The notes under the pieces were generated by a model. That model was given only the letters and a program-made list of their open reading frames with translations, ran no database searches and had not been told where the DNA came from. Below, piece after piece: positions 25,319 to 38,440 of a stretch of 64,000 nucleotides of DNA. Positions within the stretch are counted from its first letter, which is position 1. Every line of letters begins with the position of its first letter. A program made the translations under genes and the position numbers. Origin of the DNA: Sminthopsis crassicaudata (lineage: Eukaryota); contig NC_133620.1 of NCBI RefSeq assembly GCF_048593235.1, forward strand, positions 302,327,765 through 302,391,764, written 5' to 3'.

Positions 25319-27081
25319 ATTAATAACACAGACAAACAAATCACTCAGAACGCAGAACACACACAGACTGGGAAGTCAAAACATTTAAAACCGACCAGGG
25401 ACTATCTAGGAACAATAGCCCTGAGGGAAGTTGTCCTCTTTGCAAAGTTTGTATATATTTTTTTAAAATAAAATTTAATTATTTAAAAAAATTAACTTTG
25501 GTTAGTTATGAGATTAATAGACCCCAGCAAAACATGTCATTGCTAGGAACCTAGTATCTAAATGGGCCCCAGTGAAGAGCAAGCTAACCCTGTGGAATTA
25601 TTTTGTTTGGATACAGCTATCCTGTACTGACAGCCAATTACTATACAATTTGGAGATTAAGCAATAGATGTCTATCTTGTATAAACTGGACAGCCAGGAA
25701 CATCATTTGACTTATTGATGCACACAATTAGCAATAGTTAGCATGGTAGGGTATAGCTTCTAGGAGAAATATAGCAATAATTTTAAAGTCCCCTATACTT
25801 TAAAGTGGTATTGTTCTAACAATCTATCCATCAATGATTGTAAAAATCTTTTGGCCTAGGAATATAATATTTCTTTCCTTAGAATTTAGGGAAAATAAAT
25901 CAGGGATCCTAAGGTCCTCTATCCTTTGAGTGCTATAGTTCTAAGAATTCATCTGTCAATGATTCTGAAATCTTTTGGCCTTAGAAAAAAGTCCTACAAA
26001 TATTGCTGATTGTCAAATATATAATCTGCTGGTCAGTGATGACCAAATTCTTGAGAATACTCCTCAGTTCAACCTGTGGGCCATAAAATTAGCATGAAGA
26101 ACTGGATAAATTTGACTCCTTGCTCCTGGTTCTTTGCTAAATTCTTTTGGAACTTAGCTGGTTTGACTTGGATATGGATTCAAGCCTGCAAATTTATTTG
26201 AGACATCTCATGATACCAGTCTGTGACCCCAACCTTTTGGGGTCCCGTCTGAACTTCAATAAGCACACTCACATAGCTAGATACTCTAGGTCCTTTCCCA
26301 TAAAATGTTCCAGCTTCTTCCTTTTTAGTTGCAACTTCCTTAGAAATTTTTTCCGCTTGATAAACTTTGCCACTTGACCTAGAGATGGTTTGAATCTATG
26401 AATTCATTCTAGATGAGTCTACTATTGTGACTTGTTCTACTTCATCATGACTTGTTGCACTTCATCAGTAAAGCTTTAAGTTTTTATTTTATTTTATTTT
26501 TTATGAAAAAGATAATTGGACAGTTATTTCCATTTATAGTTGATTTTCTGCTCATAAAGAGATCTTCATTTTAAGGGTCTTAACAATTTTGCCTTTTCTT
26601 TTCCGAATGAGAGTCCATTCCCAAGAGCCATGATCTTTTGGAATACAAGAAAAATAGTTCTTTATGACTGAATATTAAATAAATAATAACAGTCCTCTCA
26701 TCATAGCACTTGCATAGAATTTAAGGTACAATATATATATATATTACCTCATTTAACTAATAATCTTGGGAAGGTAGTGTTACTAGTTCAAAGAATGTAG
26801 CAGAGAGTAACATATAAGAAGGTTAGAAAAGGAAGAATGGCCCAGATTATGAAGAAAATTGAATGCCAAGCATAGTATTTTGTATTTATTCCTGGAGACA
26901 GGGTGGTAAAGTGACATTGTCAGACGTATATTTTAGAAAAACCTCTTTGGTAATTGAATGGAGGATGAACTGGAATGAGGAGAGACTTGTGGCAAGCAGA
27001 CCCACCAGCAGGCTGCCTCATTGTAATAGCCTAGGATGAGGTGATAAGGGCTGTACTAGAATAATGGTAATCAGGATGTTG

Positions 27082-27640
27082 TGTAATGCTGGAGAAACTG
27101 AGGCAAGATAGAGATTAGAAAGTTTTAAATATTTTATTTGGATTTCTGAGAGGGAGAGATTGTGTTGGGGGCATGATGCCCCCAGGGCTGATGTCCAAAG
27201 CATCCAGCAGCAAATGTGAGTTCTCAGTGACATATATATATATATATATTCACACCTAGCTTCAGGCTCTGGTAGCTAAACAAAGGGGAGGAGGGTGAAG
27301 TCCAAACTTTGGTAAGCAGGAATCTCCAGGCAGGGACAATCAACCCAGTTCTGACAGGTTGGGGGAGGACCATAAATTCTAACAAATTGGGAGGATTTAG
27401 GAGGTCTGAAACTTAGAGATATAAACAATGCCAATTAGGTATTTGAGATACCTAATATGGAGTCTTATCTTTTGGAATGCCAGATCTCCACAGCCCTAAT
27501 TATCTCAGTTCTAAAAAGAGAAGGGGAGATTGCAACTAGGGGGGTTGAGGCAGAACAATTCAAGGAAACTGAAGCAAAATAATTGGGGAAACTGAGGCAG
27601 AACAACTTAAGGAAACAGGCAGGACAATTTAGAGAAACTT
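27082..27640 (-). mobile_element. Solo ERV1-like LTR; right end approximate
   Basis: TGTAATGCTGGAGAAACTGAGGCAAG terminus and GAAACTGAGGCAGAACA repeats. Confidence 0.8.
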
Positions 27641-27852
27641 ACCTGATGACAAAAATTCATAGGCTAAACTTTCCAGTACTTTCTCTTTGGGCAGAGCACT
27701 TACAGGTAAAGGTATGGTACCCTATATGAACAGAGGGCAGGGAAGGGAGGGAAAGAAGAAAGAAAAGAAAGAAGAAAGAGCTGTGTTGCCCAAGTGGCTA
27801 TTTCTATTCGGGTTCCCAATAGAAGGACTAACTTCTACTTATGCTAACAGAG

Positions 27853-28017
27853 GTTGTTGCTTGTCCTTCATTCTTGAAGAGAACCATGATATCAGAGAGT
27901 TGATGACATGACAAGCATGTGAATTGTATTTAAGTGAGGGAGGGCTGTGTGAGGTCACTTTCTCTGAAGCCATCTGGATCCCATTGGCCAAGGTATAAAT
28001 CAATATGACTGGAGATG
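27853..28017 (+). mobile_element. Marsupial RTE-related SINE/5' fragment; a related piece lies near 4705-4810
   Basis: TTGTCCTTCATTCTTGAAGAGAACCATGA...GAATTGTATTTAAGTGAGGGAGGGCTGTG motif recalled from marsupial RTE-associated repeats; family not verified. Confidence 0.45.
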
Positions 28018-29714
28018 GGGTTAGTAAAAAACAACAAAATACCAAAACATCAGTAGGAGTTTGTGAGGAGATCTTGACTCATACCTACAATTTGCTTCAA
28101 ACTTGTAGTAACTTAGAAAGGAGGGGAAGGAGGCACAAGTGAAGTGTTGTACTAAGGTTGCATATCATTATCATTTTCATGGACTTCCATAATAAATAAT
28201 AATAAATATGGTGAATCTTTCACACTTCAGATGGGCAGAAATGGATATATGTATATTATACCTACAAAGACCATTATCCTCATTTCAAATCCTCGGAACC
28301 TAATTTACATAATTAAAAATAAGAACTCATAGTATAACAACTTTTTTCTTTTGATAATATTTTTACTTTCACAAATAAAGAGGAAACATGATTCAACTAT
28401 ATGGATTTAAAAAAATAAATTATATCTTTTTGTTTTTAAAGATTAATCAGGCAGCATTGTAAAAGTGATGGAAATAAGGAGTGAGAGGAAAATAATGTAG
28501 AAATTACTTCTTTAGGAAGATAAAAAAATTAGGTTTTGATCTGATGGAAAAGAAAGAATGTATGCTAGAGATATTCTTGTGGCAGGACTTGGGAGTTGGT
28601 GAAATTTATCTCTTTTCTGCTAATCTATTACCTTTACAAAGGTAAATCAGATTTTTTAGTATAGGTGATTGGTAGTAACAGGGAAGTTAGGAAGAAGGGA
28701 GGATTTAAGGGAAAGATAACTTTGATTTTGAATATGATGAATTTAAGATGTCTATGAGAAATCTAGTTCAATAGACAATGGGATATTTAAATTTGGAAAT
28801 AAAAAGAGAAGTTAGGGTTGTACAAACAGATCTGAAAATCATCTGCATAAAGAAAACTGATTCATTGGGAGAGGAGATCATCAAGCAAAATAGCATATGG
28901 GGGTATGAAAGGACAGTCTAGGACAGAGTTACACGTGTGATTATGAGGTGTGACCTGGATAAAGATACAGCAAAGCAGATTGAGAAGGAGCTGACAGTTT
29001 GTAGAAGAAAGAGCAGTGTCAAAAAACCTGGAGAAGAAAGTTTTAAAGGAAAGCACTGTGATTAATAGTACAAGGTACTAACTATTGTTAGTTAGTTAGT
29101 TAGTTAGAATTGATGAGATGGTGGTTATCTAGTTTAGCATGGTGCTTAATAGTTTTCTAACTTCAGTATGATTGATTTAATCTTACAACAAATAATGGTT
29201 TCTTAGTGATATGATTGGTTTATACTCAGTGTAGAGCATATAAGCTGGGAACCTCAGCTAGGCTCATTCAGAGGCGGAGAAGACAAAGGACATTGGGTGG
29301 TAGCTCAAGTTCTCAGAACCAAGAAGAGAGATTTCAATTCGATCTTCAGTCAGGTTCCAGGACTGAGAGGTTCAGAGAGAGCGAGCTTGAGAAGACAAGT
29401 AGACTGGAGGCTGAAGCACAAGCCCTTGAACTTAGATTCATTCATCCCATCTCACACTACTTTGGTGGCAGACTCTCCTCCTTAGTTTCTCCACAGAAAC
29501 CCAGACCAGAAGGCCTCTAAGAAAGCTAGTTGAAGCCCCAGGCAAAAAGACAATATTTTGAATGAGACAATAAAGGTTTTGGACTTTAACCCCTGGCTAC
29601 TCTCCTGGTGATTACTAACTAAAACAAAGGCTGCTTTCAAAGACCCCAAGAAAATTGAACACTACTTTTTAGCATCCAGACATGGGATCCAGAAATTAGG
29701 GTGAGTACAAGAAG

Positions 29715-29722
<8 letters not shown>

Positions 29723-29746
<24 letters not shown>

Positions 29747-29874
29747 GAGGCTGGAGTTAAGTGACTTGCCCAGGGTCACACAGCTAGGAAGTGTTAAGTG
29801 TCTGAGGTCAGATTTGAACTCCAGTCCTCCTGAATACAAGGCTGGTGTTCTATCCACTGCACCACCTAGCTGCC
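29723..29874 (-). mobile_element. Young WSINE1-like SINE in the ERV leader
   Basis: Long pure poly(A) tail and perfect 16-bp TSD ACAAGAAGGAAACTTT at 29707-29722 and 29875-29890. Confidence 0.93.
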
Positions 29875-29920
29875 ACAAGAAGGAAACTTTGTAAAGGGCT
29901 AAACTAGTGCTTCAGCAAAA

Positions 29921-31705
29921 ATGGGACAGATGTTTAAAAAAACAGCCTTCTTCTCCAATTCAAGGAAACTGTGTGGAAAGCTTGGTTAAACTTATAAAAA
30001 AACAAGGTTTGATTGTAACTTGGGAGAAGATCATTTAACTTTTAGAAATAGTACAGTATACATCTCCTTGGTTTTCTAAGGAAAAAGAATTAGATCCAGA
30101 CAAGTAGAAATTAGTAGGAGAGCAATAATTTGAATACTACAATGATAGTGGATCTGACTCAATTTTTAAAGAAACACTTTATACATATAACTTAATACAA
30201 CTGGCTTTAAGGAACTATATAAGTATTAGAATAAGGAAAAAGAAGAAAGAACAGGGAGGGGAGGATACTAACAAACTAGTTGAAAAGCTTGAAGAATCAG
30301 ATAAGAATGCAGTTATGTGCAATTCTGATGAAATTAAGGAGTATGGTGCTTCACAGCAGGAGCCATTAAGGCATTCCTCAACTCCTGACCTACCTCTCTC
30401 AATTAACCATGGGTAGAAGGAGGAGGAGGGGGAGGAGCAGTGACACAATTAGCACACCTTTGAAGCAGCATATGACAAGATTACANNNNNNNNNNNNNNN
30501 NNNNNNNNNNNNNNNNNNNNNNNNNNNNNNNNNNNNNNNNNNNNNNNNNNNNNNNNNNNNNNNNNNNNNNNNNNNNNNNNNNNNNNNNNNNNNNNNNNNN
30601 NNNNNNNNNNNNNNNNNNNNNNNNNNNNNNNNNNNNNNNNNNNNNNNNNNNNNNNNNNNNNNNNNNNNNNNNNNNNNNNNNNNNNNNNNNNNNNNNNNNN
30701 NNNNNNNNNNNNNNNNNNNNNNNNNNNNNNNNNNNNNNNNNNNNNNNNNNNNNNNNNNNNNNNACTCTGTTATTGAAGAATTTGATTCTTCAGGTCAAGC
30801 CAGGAGAAGATACATTCCTTTTGATCTAGAAAAAATCAAGGATTTGAAAAAGGGTTGAACTCTTTATGGGCCTACATCGTCTTATAAATTAAGATGATAT
30901 TAGAGAATTTGGCTTACGAAATTTTAACCCCTAGTGATTGGAAATCCATAGCAAAGACATGTTTAGAACTTGGACAAAACTTGTTGTGGCTTTCTGAATA
31001 TAGTAAACTATGCAGGATACAAGCCCAATGAAATAGGCAAACTGGAGTTAATATACAAATCACCTTTGACCAACTAGAAGGTAAAGGTCAGTATGCAGAC
31101 ACTTCAGCACAGGTTAATTACCCCATAGCAGCATATGAGCAAATTGCTACTGCTACAATCAAAGCATGGTACTACCTCCCAGGAAAAGATGGAGGGGAAG
31201 CCTTCACAAAAGTAGAGCAAGGTTCCAATGAATCCTTTGCTAATTTTGTGGGACGTCTGCAGACAGCTGTCACAAGAACCACTGGAGAAAATGCAGCTAC
31301 AAGAATTATGATAAGACAACTGGCTAAGAAAATTGCTAATGAGGTTTGTAGAAGAATTATTCTGGGACTACACAAAAATGCTCCTTTAGATCATAAGACT
31401 CTGTGCCACAATGGGCACAAATGCTTTTTTATACCCAGGCTTTGACACAAAATATGGGAAGACAAGGTCCCTCTTGGCAAGGGACTTCCAGAGAAACTTG
31501 ATGCTTTCAATGTGGAAAAATAGGGCATCTTGAAAGCTCAATGTAGGCATAGAGATAGAGTGAGAGGACAGGGTAAGAGAATAAGACCTAACACCCTATG
31601 TCCAAAATATAACCGAGGCTTCCATTGGGCCTCAGAATGTAGATTGACTCAGGCAAATGAGAGGCAAGGTCCAGCTCCAAAACCTCAAACAAAAAACAGG
31701 TGAGG
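29921..31705 (+). pseudogene. gag: ERV gag relic spanning an N gap
   Basis: ATGGGACAG start; MHR-like KVEQGSNESFANFVGRLQ; two zinc-knuckle relics (CFQCGK..HLKAQC and CPK..RGFHWASEC); stops and frameshifts. Confidence 0.8.
30486..30763. other. Assembly gap (278 N)
   Basis: Run of N. Confidence 1.
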
Positions 31706-31799
31706 CATGATGGCAGCTGAGTTTACACTCAGAGAATCTTTAGAAGCTCAATATTCTGATGATCAATCAGCAGAGAAGCAATCAGAGGGGAAAAAGGGA

Positions 31800-32470
31800 T
31801 TGCAATTAGGGAAAATAGAATTGTACGCAGTAGGGACTACTGAGCTATCCCTTGGAGAGGTGAAATCTGTTTCTGTCTGACCTATAGATACTTTGCCTCC
31901 AGGCACAGTAGGTTTGACCATTTCACCTCCTGAGAATGCTTACAAAACAGTGTTTCTCCATACACTGATGTGGAAAACTGGAGAATGTGTAGCTAATATC
32001 CCAGTCACTAACACAGGTAGACAATGTGTAATTTATCAACCAGGAGAAGTAGTAGCATCAGGTGTATTATTATATATCTTTAATAGGCAATCTGATGATA
32101 GTTGCCCAGATTCTGATTCCAAGCAGCAGAATCCAGCATATTCCGGACTTCAGCAGTTACAGCTGACCAACCTATGCTCACTATTTATGCAAATGGCATA
32201 TCATTAGAAGGATTGGTAGACATAGGTGCAGATCGTACAGTCATTAGAAGTGCCAAATGGCTCAGTCACTGGCCAAAGACTAAGGCAGACAAACCTATAT
32301 GTCTGGTGTAGGAGGATCAATAGTAGCACGTTAGTGCTGCCCCTATGAGATGGACATTTCAAAATGAAACAGGGGTTTTTATTCCTTTTGTAGTTGAAAA
32401 GTTCCCCATCAATCTGCGGGGAAGAGACATTTTATAGCAATTAAGATTACAATTGAGTACTTCAGCTTTT
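31800..32470 (+). pseudogene. pro: ERV pro relic (dUTPase-like region plus protease)
   Basis: GLVDIGADRTVI active-site relic near 32210-32245. Confidence 0.7.
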
Positions 32471-32499
32471 TAGGTAGGGCTGCTGTTGAAGGCCTGCCT

Positions 32500-33620
32500 G
32501 CACTCTCACCAGTTCCTATTCAGTGGAAAAATGATACATCAGTGTGGGTAGAACAGTGGCCCTTAACAAGTGATAAAACTCAGGCCTTAGTAGATATAGT
32601 GCAAGAACAACTTGACCAAGGACACTTACAACCTTCTCTAAGTCCTTGGAATTCCCCTATATTTGTTGTGAGAAAGAAATCTAGAAAATGGAGGATATTG
32701 ACTGATTTAAAAAGTGTAAATGAGCAGATGGAAACTATGGGAACTCTTCAGCCTGGACTTCCATCTCCTATTTAATTGCCTAGAGAATGGCCTCTGTGGG
32801 TTATAGACATTGAGGATTGTTTATATTCTATCCTTCTAGATAAGGAGGATACAAAAAGAGTTGCCTTTTCAGTGCCCAGCGTTAATTTAGCTGAGCCTTA
32901 TAAAAGATATGAATGGACAGTTTTGCCACAAAGAATGAAAAACAGCCCTACTATGTGTCAAATGTATGTTGCTGCTGCTCTTACTCCAGTAAGAAAAGCA
33001 TTTCTAAAAGTAATATTATTACATTATATGGATGATATCTTGGGGTGTGCACTTGAGGAACAAATGTTAGAAAACATGTTTCAAAAAGACCATAGAAACA
33101 CTAAGGAACTACAAATTGCATATAGCTCCAGAAAAAATTCAAAGTATCCTAAGGTGCTTACAGAAAAAAAAAAAAAAAAAAAAAAAACTTTCTTTAACAG
33201 AGAAGTTGAACATCTTAAATGGTTTTCAAAAATTAATAGGAGATATCCAGTGGATGTGTCCAGTGTTAGGCTTAACTAACAATCAATTGCAGCTTCTATA
33301 TAACATTTTAAGGGGAGATAGTGCTTTCAACTCACCATGCCAGCTTAACAAAAGAAGCTCAAGAGGCTTTGAGAGAACTTGAACTGGTTTTATCCAATGT
33401 GGTTGAAAAAGTTGCTCAAAAACCCTTGGAAATATCAGGTTTTATAACCCACTGGAAGGGCAGTGTCCAGTGCAACCAACTCTGTTATCTTTAGATAATC
33501 ACCAGGTGATGTGGAGAGATCCAGAAAATGATGAATGGAAGGGACAAGATAAGTTAATTGTTTGGGGGAGAGAATTTGCTTGTGTCTTTACAGATGGAGA
33601 AGGAATCAATGAGCTGTATT
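32500..33620 (+). pseudogene. pol: ERV pol relic: RT joined to the integrase C-terminus, with RNase H and most of IN deleted
   Basis: [33 protein letters not shown]; then WRDPENDEWKGQDKLIVWGREFACV. Confidence 0.88.
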
Positions 33621-33930
33621 TGCCTTGTCTATTGGAGAGAGACAGAAGAGAAAAACCTCAAAATAAAAACCTAAGAAACATCTGACACTGAAAGAGCATG
33701 GCTGATAATGAGACTGTTACAGAACTTCAGAAGCAGCATGAATCATTGGATTTCCTAAGATAAAAAAATTGTTAAAACTGTTGCAGAACTTAAAAAAAAA
33801 AACACACAAAAAAAAAATCATTGGATTCTCTAACTCATGATGAGACTATTTTAGGACTTCAAAACTTGCAGGAATTATTGGATTCCTGACACATGAATGG
33901 ACAATAGATTCCTGTGGAACTATTTCTAGG

Positions 33931-34322
33931 TGCTAAGGGGTGAAACTTTGAGTAGGTGTACTTGAATCAGACAATAGAGCACTTAAGGCTAATTACCTAT
34001 TCAATATGAGACTATGACTCTATTAGCATATGTTTGGATAAATGGCTCTTCTCACAGTTGATGCTGGCTCAATGTTTGAGATTAAAATAATCATAGGCAA
34101 GGATTAGAGGGTGGGGTGAGAGAGGTCAGACTTACTTTGTGGCAGAATGAGAAGCAGAGAAGTTGGTGACTTTGGACTAAAGAACTAAGGATACATCTTT
34201 GGCAAGCCTCGTGGCAGTTTGCCTGCTTCTTTCTCTTATTCCCCCTAAAAACCAAGGACTTTTACTTATTCTGACTCTGTCTGACCTGGAGTGCTCTTCA
34301 GGGAGCTAATCTGGAGTTAGCA
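33931..34322 (+). mobile_element. Solo LTR nested in the env relic of provirus 1, related to the LTR of provirus 2
   Basis: TGCTAA...TTAGCA ends; shares blocks such as GAGCACTTAA, TATTAGCATAT and GGCAG.TTGCCTGCTTC with the LTR at 56615-58548. Confidence 0.75.
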
Positions 34323-35514
34323 TTTAGCACTTATGGACATGTATAATTCCTCATGTTGATTCATATTATTTGTCACATCACTACTAGCCTGTGTTACTAT
34401 GTACTTATGTAATTTTTGTAATCATGTGTAAAACTTGCTATGTTGATATTTTGTATTCCTGTTTCAAGTGAGACCTTTCAGAAACTTGATGATCTGGTTT
34501 GATTTCCCATTTCCCTTTGGTATTTTCATCTCCCTTCCTGAGATGTCAGGGAAGGCCTGATCACCTCCTTTTATGTTTTTTTCACCCCTTTTTTGAGGAA
34601 TCAGGGAAGGCATGATCACCTCCTTTTTTGGGGGCTCTCCCCTCCTTGAGAAGTCAGAAAGAGTGAACCTTATGTTCTAAAACAAAAGAAAGTGGGAGAT
34701 GTTCTGGGTCAGAATTCTGAACTTGAAACATGGATTCTTACAAGGTACTAAGTGGAATTGATGAGTCAGTGGTTATCTAGTTTAACATGGGTGCTTAATA
34801 GTTTTCTAAGTTCAGTATGAGTGATTTAATCTTACAAAAAATAATGGTTTCTTAGTGATATACTGATTAGTTTATACTCAGTGTAGAGCATATAAGCTGG
34901 GAATGCCCTTGGACTCAGATTCATTCATCCTATATCAAACCACCTTGGTGGCAGGCTCTTCTCCTTAGTTTCTCCACAGAAACCAAGACTCCAGAAGGCC
35001 TCTAAGAAAGTTAGCTGAAGCCCCAGGCGAGGAGACAATAAACTCCTGGCTACTCTCCTAGTGGTTACTAACTGAAACAAAGGCTGTTCCCAAAGACCCC
35101 AAGATAATAGAACTAAGAACATTACAGAAGTAGCAGCAACAGCAGCAGCAAAAGTAATAATAGTAGTTCTACTACTACTAGTAATAGAAGTTATCATTTC
35201 TATACTATTATGATCATTAAATGCCATGAGGAAGATTTCAAATCTTTGTTTCCTTTGATTCCAGGTACAGTATTATACCCAATAAATAACAAATGTTATT
35301 TCTTCTTGAAAATATAGAGGATAATTCTTTCATGAAATCCTACTACATGTAAAATATGTAATTTTAAAAAAGACACATGAATGAGAAAATCTTTAGAGGA
35401 TCTTTATAAAAAACATTTAGGGACAAAGTTTCTTGGTACCGAGTCCCTCTTTCCTGTATATCCTGTATAATAGTACGTTGAGTAAATTGGAACTGGTCCT
35501 CATCAATGTTCATG

Positions 35515-36373
35515 AGTTGTGCCAAAGTTTTCTTTTACTATCCTGCCTCAGTTCCTTTGAATTGTTCTGCCTCAATCCTCCTGGTTGCACCCTCCCCTTC
35601 CCATGAGGACTGACATATCTTAGGTCTGGCTACTCTAAGGTAAATGTGTACTGTAAATGTGTAATCTCAAAATAAGGGGGAGTTCTCCTAAGTTCTCCTA
35701 AGTTGTCAAGAATTTATGGTCCTTACCCTCATCCTGTCAGAATCAGATTGATGGTCTGCTTCTGGAAATTCTCAGTGTTTGGATACCACCCCTTTCCTCC
35801 TGATCTTGGAGCCACATATATAGAAACCATTGCAATCTCACATTCTGTAGAGAGCCAGAACTTTGGAGAAATATACTTGAAACAAGGATAGTTACAAGGA
35901 CTTAACTCAGTGGAATTAATGAGATGATAGTTTTCTAGTATTATATATATACTTAGTACTTAGCATGGTGATGTAATGGATCTCTAGTAAACACATAATC
36001 AATATGCTGTAATGATGTAATTGTAATAGGGTATTTAAGAAACATTCTATCTTTGACTATCCTTCTCTCTCCTGGCTCCTGCACTCCTCCACTGAGATCA
36101 AGACTAGGCCAAAATAAAGACTCTAGACTCTATTCCTGGCTATTCTCATGGTGTCTATCCTGCTGGAGACCAAGGCCCATTTGAAGGACCTCCAGAAAGC
36201 TAGCCTGAACATTACAATATTTGCTGCTACTGCTGCTGCTGAATGTTTTGAGACATCAGCCTTAGGACCAAAATGGATCCTTTGGTCCCAGAAAATCTCT
36301 CCCTCTCAGAAATCCAAATAAAATATTAAAAACTTTCTGATCTCTATCTTGCCTCAGTTTATCCATCATTACA
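35515..36373 (+). mobile_element. ERV1-like LTR (plus strand) containing a nested class II solo LTR at 35846-36216
   Basis: Outer ends GTTGTGCCAAAG...CATCATTACA; inner TGTAGAG...GAACATTACA resembles the provirus 1 LTR, with decayed 6-bp TSD ACATTC/ATATTT. Confidence 0.75.
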
Positions 36374-37133
36374 GAATCAAAGATGTTTTCCAAGTCTGGA
36401 CATATCAAAACCAAAGTGTCTACTTCCCATGTACACTGAGAGCAAATTTCTGACACTCTCTGATGTAGCCCATGTATCCATAATAAATATTCATTAAGCA
36501 ACTACAATGTAAAGAATACTATTTTTAGATCTAGTCTTCTAAGTATAAAATATTTGCCCCCTGGCAAAAATACTCAAATTCTACTTTTCTGTTTATGTAG
36601 CACATGATGCAAAATTTAGGTCAACAGGGCATTGTAGAATGATTTAGATATAGATATAAGGCTGAAATGTACATTAGTTTCCTTATAATAAACTGGTGGT
36701 ATTGAACAAGAAAGTTACCCAAAGTGATATAATTTATTATTGGTAGAATTAGGACACAAAACATTACTTTTGCAGAGGCTGAAATAGACATCTTTTCATC
36801 CTATATTATACTATATTCCCACTTTCTTCCTCCTCAACTATGTTTTTCTCAAACAAATACACCTGATAAGTGTTTTAATGGCTTTCAAGTATGGTGATTT
36901 TTCTGAATCAGGATTGGGAACATTGGAATATTGTTTTACAGACTTTTGAATGGGAATTTTTCAAGACAGAAAACTCCAGTATTATGATCCTTGTTTTTGT
37001 GTTACATAGAAGAGACATTATCTTTGGCTAGAGAATTGATCTCTGAGCCCAGATTTAGGTTCACGACATCTGTACTCCTGAGTGGCCATGTGAGGCTGAA
37101 CAAAAGATCTGTACTATTAAGAATACAAATTTT

Positions 37134-37240
37134 GGAGCAGCTAAGTGGTGTAGTGGATAGAGCAGCAGCTCTTAAGTCAGGAGGATCTGAGTTCAAATAT
37201 GCCCTCAGGCCTACCTGTGTGATGCTGAGCAAATAATAAA
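37134..37240 (+). mobile_element. Marsupial tRNA-derived SINE
   Basis: GGAGCAGCTAAGTGGTGTAGTGGATAGAGCA...GAGTTCAAAT. Confidence 0.7.
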
Positions 37241-37429
37241 TTTCAGAAAAGTTGACATGCATTGGTAAAGGGAATTTTCCTCAGCTGGCAGTTACACAAC
37301 TTGATGTCCAATTCCCATACTTTGCTGAATTTTTCTCCATGTATCCAAAGCAACAAGATTTTTTGTTTTCTCTGCATGACTTTGGAATGTTTCGATAGAA
37401 TCTGAACTTTCAACTTTTCCTCTCAACTT

Positions 37430-38440
37430 TTTTAAAATAGTTTTTATTTACCAGATAAATGCATGGGTAATTTTACAACACTGAGAATTGCCAAACCTTT
37501 TGTTCCAATTTTTTCCCTCCTTCCCTCCCCTCCCCACCATAGCAGGTTGTTAAATATGTTAAAAATATATGTTTAAATAAAGTATATGTTAAAAGTATAA
37601 ATTAAATACAATATACGTACACATGTCCAAACAGTGTTTTGCTGTACAAAAAGAATTGAACTTTGAAATAGTGTACAATTAGCCTGTTAAGGAAATCCAA
37701 AATGCAGGTGGACAAAAATAGAGGGATTGGGAATTTTGTGTAGTGGTTCATAGTCATCTTCTAGAGTTCTTTCACTGGGTGTAGCTGGTTCAGTTTATTA
37801 CTGCTCTATTGGAACTGATTTGGTTCATCTCATTGTTGAAGAGGGCCTTGTTCATCAGAATTGATCATTATATAGTATTGTTGTTGAAGTATATAAAGAT
37901 CTTCTGGTCCTGCTCATTTCACTCCTGCTGGACATTTCTTACAGAACAATAATATTCCATAATATTCATGTATCACAATTTACTCAGCCATTTTTCAATT
38001 GATGGGCATCCACTCAGTTTCCAGTTTCTGGCTACTACAAAGAGGGCTGCCACAAACATTCTTGCACATACAGGTCCCTTTCCCTTCTTTAAGCTTTCTT
38101 GGGATATAAGCCCAGTAGTAGCACTATTGGATCAAAGGGTATGCACAGTTTGATAACTTTTTGAGCATAGTTCCAAATTGCTCTCCAGAATGGCTGGATC
38201 CATTCACAATTCCACCAACAATGTATCAGTGTCCCTGTTTTCCCACATTCCCTCCAACATTGCACATTATCTTTCCCTGTCATTCTAGCCAATCTGACAG
38301 GTGTGTAGTGGTTATCTCAGTTGACAATTTGCATTTCTGATTAATAATGACTTGGAGCATATTTTCATATGGCTAGAAATCGTTTCAATTTCTTCATCTG
38401 AGAATTTTGTCTGTTCATATCCTTTGATCATTTATCAATT
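37430..38440 (-). mobile_element. 5'-truncated L1 3' fragment with an internal deletion
   Basis: ORF2 C-terminal relic (ORF 38089-38292) and 3' UTR matching the copy at 22606-24320. Confidence 0.88.

Larger units (their letters stand above)
29057..35126 (+). mobile_element. Defective betaretrovirus-like (class II) provirus, copy 1
   Basis: 5' LTR about 29057-29665, decayed Lys-type PBS near 29669-29688, gag-pro-pol relics, env relic, PPT AAAACAAAAGAAAGTGGGAGA, 3' LTR 34700-35126 with long near-identical blocks shared with the 5' LTR. Confidence 0.92.

Noticed and set aside
25320-26630. Possible ancient retroviral coding relic on the minus strand
   Set aside because: Manual translation gave only ambiguous fragments (for example IIPQG); needs tBLASTx or Dfam to classify.
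15500-29050. Purine-rich L2-like patches (about 15500-15790, 26790-27080, 28560-29050)
   Set aside because: They resemble marsupial L2 relics but are too decayed to delimit or assign confidently without a repeat library.
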